From Mayamaea pseudoterrestris (taxonomy: Eukaryota), in assembly GCA_027923505.1 (NCBI GenBank), contig BROI01000015.1, positions 744,001-788,239 on the forward strand: a stretch of 44,239 nucleotides of DNA, given 5' to 3'. Each line of letters begins with the position of its first letter. Position 1 is the first letter of the stretch. Below, one piece after another: positions 11,744-22,290 of this stretch. Made by a program: the position numbers and the translations under genes. The notes under the pieces are model-generated. The model did no database searches, had not been told where the DNA came from, and saw nothing but the letters and a program-made list of their open reading frames with translations.

Positions 11744-12628
11744 ATGGTTCTATACTTGATAGGCCTTGGACTTGGCGATGAGGACGACATCACCGTCAAG
11801 GGCCTCAAGCTCGTCAAGCAATGTGACCATGTCTTTCTCGAGGCGTACACTTCTGTTTTGGGAGTCGACCAGCAACGCCTCGAAAAACTCTATGGATGTT
11901 CCATCACCATTGCGGACCGCGACCTGGTCGAACAACAAGCCGAAGACTTGATATTAGAGCCTGCGCTGACGCTAAAAGTCGCTTTCTTGGTAGTAGGAGA
12001 TCCGGTCTGCGCAACGACGCATTCCGATTTGATCCTTCGCGCCATGCAACGAGATATACGCGTTGAAGTGGTGCACAATGCATCAATCATGGGAGCTGCT
12101 GGAGCATGCGGACTGCAGCTCTATAATTTCGGACAAACGGTCAGCATTCCGTTTTTTGAGGAGAATTGGCGACCGACGAGTTTTTACCCTAAAATTCTAT
12201 ACAATCGACAAGGCGGAATGCATACCCTTTGTTTGCTAGACATCAAAGTCAAGGAACCTGACTTTCAAGCCATGATGAAGAATCAAATCAAGTACTTGCC
12301 GCCAAGGTTTATGACTGTGAATACGGCGTGTCAGCAGTTGCTCGAGGCGGAAGACACGCATCAGGGAGGCGCGTACGATGGACGACGAACGCTATGCGTC
12401 GGCTTGGCTCGCATGGGTTCCCCCACGCAGTGTATCAAGGCAGGAACATTAAACGAACTATTGGAGCAGGACTTTGGAGGTCCTTTGCACTCGCTCATTA
12501 TTTGTGGGGAGCTACATGGCCTTGAGCTTGACATGCTCATTCCGTTTCTAGTCGATGGTTCAACCTATGAGCTCCACGAACTTGTACCAGCTGAAAATTT
12601 TACGCTAGAAAACAATGAAAGTAGTTAA
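11744..12628 (+). CDS. DPH5: Diphthine methyl ester synthase
   Basis: LYLIGLGLGDEDDITVKGL, FLEAYTS, VAFLVVGDP..ATTHSDL, GLQLYNFGQTVSIPFF, HTLCLLDIKVKE and DFGGPLHSLII; intact 294-aa ORF. Confidence 0.97.
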   Translation: MVLYLIGLGLGDEDDITVKGLKLVKQCDHVFLEAYTSVLGVDQQRLEKLYGCSITIADRDLVEQQAEDLILEPALTLKVAFLVVGDPVCATTHSDLILRAMQRDIRVEVVHNASIMGAAGACGLQLYNFGQTVSIPFFEENWRPTSFYPKILYNRQGGMHTLCLLDIKVKEPDFQAMMKNQIKYLPPRFMTVNTACQQLLEAEDTHQGGAYDGRRTLCVGLARMGSPTQCIKAGTLNELLEQDFGGPLHSLIICGELHGLELDMLIPFLVDGSTYELHELVPAENFTLENNESS

Positions 12629-12967
12629 ACACGTGTTTACTTACACTAATGATGTGTGGCATGTGAATGCGTACTCGACTTTGTAATTGAAAATGACCGG
12701 CAGATACGAAAACCGGTAGTCGCTCTGGTCGAATGGACTGCCATACGAACACATTATCACTTTGGTCAGCAATGGCCATTCCATCGATCGATCAGCGCCT
12801 GCTATCTACTTGTAGCCTCTCGTTTCTTTTCAGTAGTCATGTTTATTTCAGTTGTTTACCAATGAAATTATGGTTGACAATAACGCGTCTGCAACGTTAT
12901 AATAGATGTATACTTATGTATATGACTACAGATCGTCAAAATTTCTCTCTAATCGGCCTTGCAGTGA

Positions 12968-14017
12968 CTATTTTTTGTGCTGCTGCCATCCTAGAAACGA
13001 ATGAAGCGCTCCGAGCGGATTAGTAACGGGCAAGTTGTTACTACCAGTATTGCCGGGCGCATGAGAAGGAACTCGAATGTAAAACTCATTAACATTTCCG
13101 GGCGGAATCGTTGCCTCAATGATGCGGCCGTCGGGTGCCGTCACCTGGATCTGATCGCCCGACCAACCTCCATTTGGAACTTGGACGAGAAGAAGATTGC
13201 TATCATCGTTGGTTGTTTTGTTGATAGGAGTCTCCGGTTGCGGAGGTTGACGAGCAACTCCATGCGCTGGTGGTACAGAAAAATGATTGTTTCCAATTGC
13301 AGCTGCAGGAATTCGAACATAGAACTCGGTTGAGTTGGGTGGTACCGTGGCTTCGATCACCTGGCCCTTATTCGTCGATATGTGCAGCTTGTCTCCCGCT
13401 TTGCCACCAATCGGAACCTTAACAAGCACTAAATCTTGTCCATGGTGATCTGATACGGCAGTTGCGCATGGGGCGCTCGAGTCGTTGACCGCCGTAGCGA
13501 CTGGTGGAGGTAAGGTTACCAGGGAGTCGAGCGCTATACTCGTGGCCGTTTCCATGTCCAAGTCCAAACTAGCAACCACTGGGCGTTCCGTTGGAGAAGC
13601 TGGAGTCCCAACGACAAAAACAGGATGCGAATTCGTCCCATGAAAATCTTCTGGTCTTGGAGGAAGACGAACTAGAAACATTTGCCCGACGGAGATTCCT
13701 TGCGGAACAATAGTCTCAATCTCTCGACCACTACCATCAGGTGCAATTATACGAATGCAGTCGCCAGCATTGACGTTTTTCGGACAGCTTACCGCAACAA
13801 AGTCATCGTCGTCATGAATCTCGTGGCGGCTAAATGCTTGAAGAGCGTTCCCCGCAGTTTTGAGGAGAATCGCATCGGAAGGAGGACCTCGACTTCCAGC
13901 AGCGTACAGTGAGTTCGTCGCTGCTCGAGAACCAGGAAAGTCTAGACCTTGGAAAGGAGCTTGACTCAACTCCTGGGTTGAACCGACAGACTCGTATTCG
14001 GTTGTCGTATTCGTCAT
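12968..14017 (-). CDS. Hypothetical protein with three copies of a roughly 42-aa VxVPxGxxxGDxIxVxxPDGRxIEATIP module
   Basis: Modules VAVSCPKNVNAGDCIRIIAPDGSGREIETIVPQG, VLVKVPIGGKAGDKLHISTNKGQVIEATVPPN and LLVQVPNGGWSGDQIQVTAPDGRIIEATIPPG. The start is placed at ATG 14017; an upstream ATG at 14110 is possible. Confidence 0.75.
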   Translation of the reverse strand: MTNTTTEYESVGSTQELSQAPFQGLDFPGSRAATNSLYAAGSRGPPSDAILLKTAGNALQAFSRHEIHDDDDFVAVSCPKNVNAGDCIRIIAPDGSGREIETIVPQGISVGQMFLVRLPPRPEDFHGTNSHPVFVVGTPASPTERPVVASLDLDMETATSIALDSLVTLPPPVATAVNDSSAPCATAVSDHHGQDLVLVKVPIGGKAGDKLHISTNKGQVIEATVPPNSTEFYVRIPAAAIGNNHFSVPPAHGVARQPPQPETPINKTTNDDSNLLLVQVPNGGWSGDQIQVTAPDGRIIEATIPPGNVNEFYIRVPSHAPGNTGSNNLPVTNPLGALHSFLGWQQHKK

Positions 14018-14265
14018 GGTAGTTCTTGTAACTCGTAATAAGTGATTGGGCAACAAGTTGGAAGTTTTGGGGTCGTCCGTCGATAAAATAATATCGCCAA
14101 TCGCGTGCATGCGTGATGACTGCCCGCCTGGCGCGGAGAAACTCCGAATGTCAATCGACCCAGTCAGCTATCATACCAGTGCTTGTGCCAAGTACGGTAC
14201 AGTATACACACTATGTCGATGATGGATTGCTACAGTATGTCAAACAAAACGAAAATCATGTCTCG

Positions 14266-16290
14266 CTAGCTGAAAAAGTCACCAAAATACTCCTCCATAT
14301 CATCGAATCGCAAACCCAATCCAGAAAAATCACTCTTGAGCTCGTTCCAACGATTTCCTCGCGATTCAACCTTGTCCAAAAGTTTAGCCCGTCGCTCAAG
14401 TTCCTCCGCTGGCCATTTTACCTCGTTGCCACTAGAAAAGCAGCCAAAGTGGCCATGTGGAATTGCAATGCCGAGTGGTATTCTAGTGATAGGCCCAGCA
14501 GCAATGTTGCGAGCCTCAAGGACGATTAAATCACTCTCACGCCTCTTGCCGTCATACAAGACGGAAAGTATGTAGCCAGCATCTTCGGCAGCAGACTCGT
14601 CGACTCCCGCTTGTGAAGCGTACATTGGCTCGCCACAGAACTCGTGTGTGTCAGGCATCCATGTTCCGGCAAGGACATTTCCATCGGCACATTTAGTAAC
14701 GTCAACCTTGGCAATTCCTTGTGGCGGTGCCGCGTCGTTTCCGCAGGCACCAACGTTCATGTACACGTATCTATGCCGGCTAGAGCTCTTGCTCGGATTC
14801 ACTCCGGCAAAATAGCAGTGCGTGTCGACCAGCAACCTCCTCGTGATGGTTTTAGTGGACAAATCCACCGTGTATCTCCAAAGCGATTTAGCCGATGCAC
14901 TCGACTGATATTCCTGCAAGGTTTGCGCCCATGGCCAACACAACGGCGGCTGCTCACCGCTTTGTAGTTTGGTGGTATCTGATCTGATGCAGTCTATAAT
15001 TATCGTGCCACTACCACCTTCATCTTCCTCGTACGCATTGACAAATTGCAGGTTGGCGTCGGAAAGACCATCGGCAGCAAGTGGAATTCGCATAACGTCC
15101 TTGTTGCTGCCGACGCGCGGAACGAGAATAACAGTAGCATCTCCATTCGCATTGAGGTTCAAAGCTTTTCCTGGCTCCTTGGATCCGCCAATGTCAAGTA
15201 AACTCCCTCGTTTGACTGTTACTGCAGGCGCAATGAAGGCGGCGTAGTTGGCAGTGGCTGCAAAATCAGAAATTAAGGCGTAGCCTGGCAAGTCCACCGT
15301 TTGCCGATCGACGAGGCGAAAGCTTTGATTAAACTCATAGAGTGTCAATTTGGAGTTGCCGAGAAAGTCTTGCTCGACGGCATGAAAGAGTGCGCGATCG
15401 CCGGATACAACCATCTTGCCGCCAAATGGATTAGTCTCCTTCAAGATAGCTCCACCAAGTTGCGACTTTCCTTCGGTTTGCAAGGCGCGTGCATCCAACT
15501 TGTAGGGCAATCCGCTCTCCCACAACGTCATGAGTCGCTTGCCCCAGTAAATGGTTCTGAGATTGCTGGTATTTTTGCGAAACTTGTTGAGACCAGCCTG
15601 CAAATGATGCGTAAACAATGGAATTGGATAGTCGTTTCCCAAGCCATTTCCCGCAAAGACACTCATGGCGCGCGTCGACTCCATGCCGTCATAAAGCTTA
15701 GCTCCCTTTTTGCGTTCATTAGTAAATGCTGTCGTTCGAACGAATCTATATCTCGCAGTACAAGTAGGAGCGACATTGTGTTCGTTGTCGAGTGTTTCAT
15801 TCTTCGTTGAAAAGGTGACTCCAATGACAGCTCCATCTCCGTCGAAAGGATGCTGCACCATGCGATCTGGATCTGCTCCATCTGGTACTGGGGGCTGCTT
15901 TGGCTGCACGATAAATGTCTTTGGAGGAACAATGGATCCAGCGCTGAACATGGCTGGGCCAGCTCGATAGTAGGTTCCTTGAAGATCGGATGGAATGCTC
16001 CCAACCGATGGTTCACAGATGCGAAATGGGAGCTCCTTGAAAACAGTCTTGTAGGCAGATGCGTATGCCATCATGTCTGGCTCCGAATATTGCGGATGCT
16101 GATGGCGATGTTGATGCTGCGAGTTGAGGCTGGATATTGATGAATCATTCGTCGGAGCGGATAACAAGAGAAACGATGGCCGCCGGTTGACAATGATAGC
16201 TGGTCGCCTTGCCGCAGCCCAATGCAGGTGGAGGAGAAACCCATCAGTCACTGATACAAATAAAATCAATATTCGTAGCGATATGTTCAT
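14266..16290 (-). CDS. Carotenoid oxygenase (RPE65/CCD family), predicted plastid-targeted
   Basis: GSIPSDLQGTYYRAGP, HPFDGDG, RYRFVRT, LWESGLPYKLD, FCGEPMY, EDAGYILSVLYD and IPHGHFGCF; N-terminal signal peptide ending TDG-F. Confidence 0.92.
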   Translation of the reverse strand: MNISLRILILFVSVTDGFLLHLHWAAARRPAIIVNRRPSFLLLSAPTNDSSISSLNSQHQHRHQHPQYSEPDMMAYASAYKTVFKELPFRICEPSVGSIPSDLQGTYYRAGPAMFSAGSIVPPKTFIVQPKQPPVPDGADPDRMVQHPFDGDGAVIGVTFSTKNETLDNEHNVAPTCTARYRFVRTTAFTNERKKGAKLYDGMESTRAMSVFAGNGLGNDYPIPLFTHHLQAGLNKFRKNTSNLRTIYWGKRLMTLWESGLPYKLDARALQTEGKSQLGGAILKETNPFGGKMVVSGDRALFHAVEQDFLGNSKLTLYEFNQSFRLVDRQTVDLPGYALISDFAATANYAAFIAPAVTVKRGSLLDIGGSKEPGKALNLNANGDATVILVPRVGSNKDVMRIPLAADGLSDANLQFVNAYEEDEGGSGTIIIDCIRSDTTKLQSGEQPPLCWPWAQTLQEYQSSASAKSLWRYTVDLSTKTITRRLLVDTHCYFAGVNPSKSSSRHRYVYMNVGACGNDAAPPQGIAKVDVTKCADGNVLAGTWMPDTHEFCGEPMYASQAGVDESAAEDAGYILSVLYDGKRRESDLIVLEARNIAAGPITRIPLGIAIPHGHFGCFSSGNEVKWPAEELERRAKLLDKVESRGNRWNELKSDFSGLGLRFDDMEEYFGDFFS

Positions 16291-16494
16291 ATCTGGATTG
16301 AAAGGAGGAGAATGACGGTATTGTAGCCCAGGACATGCAAATGATCAATCATCATGGTCGAATGCTTCGGATGATAGTACTGTTAAATAGACAGTCATTA
16401 TGTGTTTCACGTTTGTGAATAAGATGAACTACAATTTGAGGCTATAGTGGCAGTAGTGATAAACCATTGATATTAACTTTGTACACTTTGAGTG

Positions 16495-16752
16495 ACAGTT
16501 GACGTACGTTGGGGAAAATCAAAGTTTTTGGCACCACTGTTCAAGCCACAGTCATCGTCCGTTGAAAATCAAAGTTTTTGGCACTACTGTTTGATAGACA
16601 GTCAGCGTACGTTGAAAATCAGAGTTTTTTGCACAACTGTTTAAGCAACAGTCATCGTCCGTTGAAAATCAAAGTTTTTGGCACTACTGTTTGTGCCACA
16701 GTCATCGTACGTTGAAAATCAAAGTTTTTGGCACCACTGTTTAAGCCACAGT
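16495..16752. repeat. Minisatellite, 5 x 50 bp, each unit with an ACTGT-N7-ACAGT dyad
   Basis: GAAAATC at 16514, 16564, 16614, 16664 and 16714; ACAGT at 16548, 16598, 16648, 16698 and 16748. Confidence 0.95.
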
Positions 16753-17180
16753 GGACCATCGACGACATGACTTCGATTACCCATCAAAATGACCCTGGCG
16801 AAAACAATCATCGGCCATGCGTATGGCGTCTTCATGCGTCTTTGTCCAGCCCATCCAGAGACAGCATACGAAGCTCAATAGGCGATCCCTGATACTGATA
16901 TAACTGTTTACCCTATATGGCGTGGACTACCGACTTGGTCTGGAATTTCAACAGTGCATGGCGCAGGCATTCATGCTTTCCCGCATGCACTCATACTACT
17001 AACTTGTCGGCTGCATTCCCTCAAGACGACCTAACGGTGCCCTTATTGTCGGTATCAAAGCGACACCGATTCGCGTAGATCTAGGCTTCTGTTTGTTCAT
17101 TAAGCAGCCTACTTTTGCGACGAGAGACACTTGAAATCGCAACTCTCGCAGGCGCAGGCCGACGCAGTCGATGACTTGTA

Positions 17181-17421
17181 TGATAAATAGCTGCTACTCT
17201 ATCCTATAGACTGTAATGGCCCGTTAGCGCCCAGGACAGAAGATAGCAACAACCCGAGTCCTTTCGAACAACAAGTGGTCCTCCGTCCCGTATTTCTAGT
17301 TGAGTTACCGCTATACTAAACTCGTCTCCGTCGACTAGTTAGTATCGCCTTCAGTGTACTCGGCCAGTACCGTTGCGTCAGTTGCAGCGTGTCACACTCT
17401 CCGGAAACCTAGTTTCTATCA
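17181..17421 (-). repeat. 3' LTR of outer copia element
   Basis: Matches 29612-29852 base for base on my reading; preceded in element orientation by the purine tract AAGAGGAG (17422-17429, PPT). Confidence 0.97.
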
Positions 17422-17510
17422 CTCCTCTTGAGACGCTGGAGAACCCTGCTCTCTTCAACAGACCAATATACTAATAGATTACTAAAGCAGCGCTCCTCTG
17501 CAAACTCGCC

Positions 17511-19832
17511 TTAGCCATGCATGAATCCGCCGACACACTTACTGAACGCCTTCTGCGTTTGCCCCTTCGTGAGGCAGTCTGCAAAGTTGTCCAATCCATC
17601 AATCTTGATAGGGTGGCAGATCCCTGCCGCTGACGCTTCTCGCGTTTTATGGTAAGCAATAGCAACATGCTTCTTCTTCAAGACGCTGCTGCTCAAGGTC
17701 GCGTTCTGAATAACGCCCATATTGTCACCACAAATGAAACTGGCCGTCGACACCTTGACGCCGAGGCATCGAAGCATATAACGTACAGCAATGAGCTCCT
17801 CTACAGCTGTCTTCATCGCACAGAATTCGGCTCCGTATGTGGACGTCTCTATTGCCCCTTGACGCTTGCTCATATACATGACTGGCGTCCGCCCGACGAC
17901 AATCAGCATCCCCGTTATGGACCGTCTTGTTAACTGATCGTGCGCATGATCAGAATCAACAAAGACTGTAATGAGCATCTCGTCTATAAGAGCTGGCGGA
18001 AGGCTCGCGTCAATCTCTTCGAACGCGTTAGCGTATTGCTCGGATAGCTCCTTGGTAAGATCCATCGCTCGCGAGTCTTCAGCGCCTGAATAAACTGGGT
18101 CTCTTGAATCAACGACGATCCTACGATTCGCTCGCTTCTTTAGATACCCAAATACTCGCAGCACTCGCTTGAGATGACCGTCCCTTGGAGCTGCAGTAAA
18201 TCTCGAGAGGGAGGACGTGGCGTGAGCGACATCAATTCGTCCAATCGTAACGATCCAAACGAGCATTCCAATCAACATTTGATACTTTCGATGCTCATCA
18301 TCATTAAGCATTGTACTCGTATCAATTTCGGGGTGGTCGCCTGTTTCAGTTGGATTCGTATACTTCTTGAGCATTCCAAACATGCGCTCGACCCGTTTGA
18401 TTGCTTCCGTCAAGTACTTCTTGCAACCGATGCACCATCGTCCTTTCCGATCCTTCTTATAATCATTACCCAAGTAGTAATCGGGAGGGCCGATGGATTT
18501 GACTGAATAGACGAGTTGAATGGCCTCCATTATTGCCTCTGGATTCTTGCCGACCAACATGAAATCGTCGACGTGAGTGCAAACGTATTCATAATGGCTG
18601 CCGTCTTCTGCAAGACGGATCCAAACATCCTTATCATATCCAGTAGGAACAAAGCCAAGGCCTCTGAGCGTATCGGCAAAGTGCGCGTGCCATCGTTTGC
18701 CCGAAGACGATAGCCCGTAAAGAGCCTTAACGATAATGACCACCTTGCCTTCAAGCTCTGGTCCAAACTCTGGTCCTGCAATAGCGTATACTTTTTCGTT
18801 AGTAAAAGCGTTCCGCGTAAGCATTAGCAACGTCGCCGCAAACTTGTCGAAGATTCGCCTTGTGAGCGATGACGTGGAGAAGCTTCACGCTGATGCCTTT
18901 TACCGTCGACGAGTATACGTTATGATCCAAAGCATCAATCAAATGGCCTCCAGCAACAAGCCTAGCTTTGCGCCGCATATCTTGTTTGACAGTAAAGATC
19001 ATCATGAGCGTAGTCTTCTGATAGCAAGAGTCGGGTACGAAACCGGCGCCCTTGAAATCAAAGCACTCGAGCTCCGTCAACGATCCAACCTCGGCCTTGA
19101 TAGCGTCTTGCCAATGTGTATCGCCGTTAGCTTCATCCAATCGAATAGCCTCTCGAACGTTCTTGGGTACTTGAACGCCGTACTTGAACTCTGGTTTAGC
19201 CGTGTACGTCTTCTTCTTCTTTCGATTCTGAGTCCGTCGAACAGCGTAAACTTCGTCGTTGTCGTCCAGATGAAAGTCATATAGTCTCGTCACTCGCCTC
19301 ACGGCTCGATTCAAGTCTCTAATAACCTTTGTAGCCCACGAAAGCGTTCGATCGGTTGCTCTGGCTCGAGTTACGTTCTTGTCGAGGATGTACTGAGCCG
19401 TCATCCTTGGATAATCTTCCTTCATGTCACGAAGCTCTTCCCAGGATTTCTGCTCCGTATTCCAAACGACTTGCAGTCGCAGTCGCCCTTCAGTCCATTC
19501 ATGACCAAGGATCGCTCGGAACACGCCAATGGATGGTTCGTTCTCGAGCGTGGAGGAATACGCGTTGTTAACTTCCTCCGCCATCTCGATTCCATCGTTC
19601 TCCAATGGATTGAAGCCTGGCAAAAGCTCCTCTCGAGACCGGCTCCCATTGTTAGCAGTGCTTGGCGTTCGGTTCTCCTCGTCTTCCTCTTCGTCCGACT
19701 CGTTGACCGTCTCGACCTCCACGTTGCGGTGGCTGCCGAGTCTATCCGAGGCTTCTGTTGAATCCAAATGGTCTTCCGCTGACTCGAACCTTACTCGCTT
19801 GTTCTGATTGCCTGTAGTAGCTGCGTCCGCTG
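17511..19832 (-). CDS. pol: Outer element pol, 3' part: linker, chromo-like domain, reverse transcriptase, RNase H; +1 frameshift at about 18813
   Basis: RKARLVAGGH, CGDVANAY, KALYGL, YVCTHVDDF, FVDSDHA..TRRSITG, ETSTYGAEF and NFADCLTK. TAC GCGG AAC contains one extra base between ORFs 18799-19767 and 17511-18830. Confidence 0.93.
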
Positions 19833-20076
19833 TGATAAGATGTAATTCAATAGCACCAGTCCAATAGAAGGCGAGCAGCTAGTATAAAGGCGATCAACCC
19901 TCTACAACAAGCAACAAGCAAACAACAAACCAATTTTTAGTAGACTGACTTAAAAAACAAACCACTCGAGGCAAATCCTTGATCGTGGACTGTCTTGTTT
20001 GCCCGTTGACACCGTAGTCATTTAGTCATAGGCTTAAATAATCATGTACACTGGTCACACACTTCAACTTCAATCA
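19833..20076 (-). repeat. 3' LTR of inner element (244 bp if GAAACGGGAA at 20077-20086 is the PPT)
   Basis: In element orientation reads TGATTG...CTTATCA; identical to 26115-26358. Confidence 0.85.
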
Positions 20077-20086
20077 TTCCCGTTTC

Positions 20087-22290
20087 AGAGTCCAGCCTTG
20101 TGCGACTCCATCATCCATCACAGTTTTGCCCCTCCAGAAAAGCATTGGCCAAATCATGGTCCAAACACAGGATGAGGAAGAAACTTGGTAAGCATATCAC
20201 TTGGATTCTGCTTGCCTGAGATGTGCTTGAAATGCAGCAGTCCAGAGGCAATGGCTTTGCAAACCCTGTGATACACAAGTGCATTTTGTCACTTGGTAAG
20301 CAATGAATGAGGAAAATTGATGAAGTGACAGTGCTCTCATTGTCTCAAAATATCCACGAGGGTCCATCCAATGGTGCACCCATCATACGCAGAGTGTACA
20401 GGAAATCCATAATTTGGTGGAGACAAACTTGGATCCATATGTATGTGGCTGTTTCAATTGTGTTCTGCCTCTTGGAGCACCACTCACCTTTAGTCTGGTT
20501 CAGAAATTGCAGGTCACCCATAGTAGTGTGACCCGTAGTGTAATCATGGTACAGGTTGGCATCTTCAAAAGTTGTCAGACAGATGAATTTGCCCTTAGCA
20601 TGGACATGTTCCATGGCTCTCATCAGCGCTGTCTCCATAGACAGTCTTGTTCCACTCCACTGGCTCAGGCACATCATGGTAAAGAATGCCTAAGCATTAC
20701 CTAACAGCATCATCTGGGTACCGAGCACAGTAGCCCACAATCCGCTTCAAACGCTTGAGATGGCCATACTGCAGTGCAACTTTAAAGCGACCCATAGTCA
20801 TCACAGCACAGTGAATATTATGACTACCTAAGCTTACCACCCACTGTAGAGCCCCAATCAAAAACTGATACATCCAAATACCCTTTGTATCCAATTCATT
20901 GGTCATACCAAGCGCAGGATGGTTGGAATTGTCTATGGGGGTGATATCCTTGGCTTTACCTTCTGCCAAACATGCTATCTCAGAAGGACTCTTACACCTT
21001 TAGTGCAGCGTCCAAATTCTTGTTCTTGAGCAGCCGACCAATGTAAGTCTTGGCACCCATACACAGCGTTCCATCAGGATTGTGGCAGATGTCTGCACCC
21101 AAAGATAGGAAATCATACCCACACCTTACAATTTGTAGTTGTACTTGGACTTGAGCTCATCGGTAAAGGCCTTGGGATCCTTCATCACCAAATCATTGAC
21201 AAAGACACACAGACACTCTCATAATGCGTCAAGCAGTCCTTGATCCAAATGTCGGCATCTGTGAAACACTGTGTAAAGCCCATATTTTACACAAAGTGTC
21301 AGCAAAATGTTCACAGTCAAGCCAGCACACACCGGAGGTCCACAATCCACACAGAGCCTTGTAGATAACCAGAGTGTGGCCTCCAAGCTCTCCAGATTCA
21401 GGATCAGCAACAATGCGGACCTTCTCCTTGGTGACTGCCTCCAATAGGCAATGCCATCATCAGTGCCCCAGAAATCCAAGCCACTTAATTTGGCAAATCC
21501 TTGGGAGGTTTATCATATGACCACCTGCAACAAGCCAAGCCTTGTGCCTCAAATCATGCTTGCAATTAAAAATTAAATGCACATTGATGCGCATTCAACT
21601 TGCATCCATGTGCCCCATGACCCTTGTCTTGGAAAGTATTGCACTCATTCAATTGATCCATCTTAATCTAGATGGCTTCTACCCAGAGCGTATTGCCATT
21701 GGCAGAGTCAAGACACCAAACTTGAATTGGTCTCCATGATTTGCTGATTGCTTGTGAGCAGCCTTGAGCATCCCTTTGAAATTGTTCTTGTGGCACGTAT
21801 ACATCTCTAACCATTTCCAACCAGGCTTAGAGAGCAGTCCATTGGCCTGTTCATAAGCAGCGAGTGTGATCAAATCATACTTAATCATCATGGCGAGAGG
21901 CTCCCATGTGTGCTGGCCACTCATCCATTGCACTAAGACATTGTAGTTAGACCCCTTGTAGTCAGCATCACAATGCATCAACAGTCTGGCATGCCCTTCA
22001 ATTGAATTAAATGGTTAGTGCATGGGTTGATCAAGTCAGATAGCTCATTGTAGGTGATGCTATGAGAACTTGAGGTGTTTGTGAGCAGCAGCATTGCAAT
22101 CGTTGATTTGCTTCACAATGGTGTAGTGCATACACTGCCATCCATCTCATCCAACAATACTGTGCATCCACGTAACTCATCTGGTGAGAAGAATGGAACA
22201 TGGTTGGTACCTGAACCTAAATTGAGTCCAGCAAGCTCAGCGCCAGACTCAAGGTTGAATGAGGATCCCCCATTGCTTGGTGCTCCACTT
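20087..22290 (-). pseudogene. Heavily decayed chromo-like/RT/RNase H region of the inner element
   Basis: Remnants YNVLVQW..GQHTWEPL, QFKFGV, KALCGLWTSG, VFVNDL (YVDD eroded, 21192-21203), YQFLIGALQW, SKRQNTIETATY and DMLTKFL amid many stops and deletions; strongly CpG-depleted. Confidence 0.9.

Noticed and set aside
16495..16752. CRISPR array or LexA SOS boxes
   Set aside because: The variable part is only 7 nt and related between units, there are no cas genes and the context is eukaryotic. The dyad is CTGT-N7-ACAG, not the N8 spacing of the E. coli-type SOS box.
16760..17180. Host gene disrupted by the outer element (joined to 29857-30270)
   Set aside because: Joining the flanks gives no sustained ORF or recognisable motif in the plus-strand frames I read.
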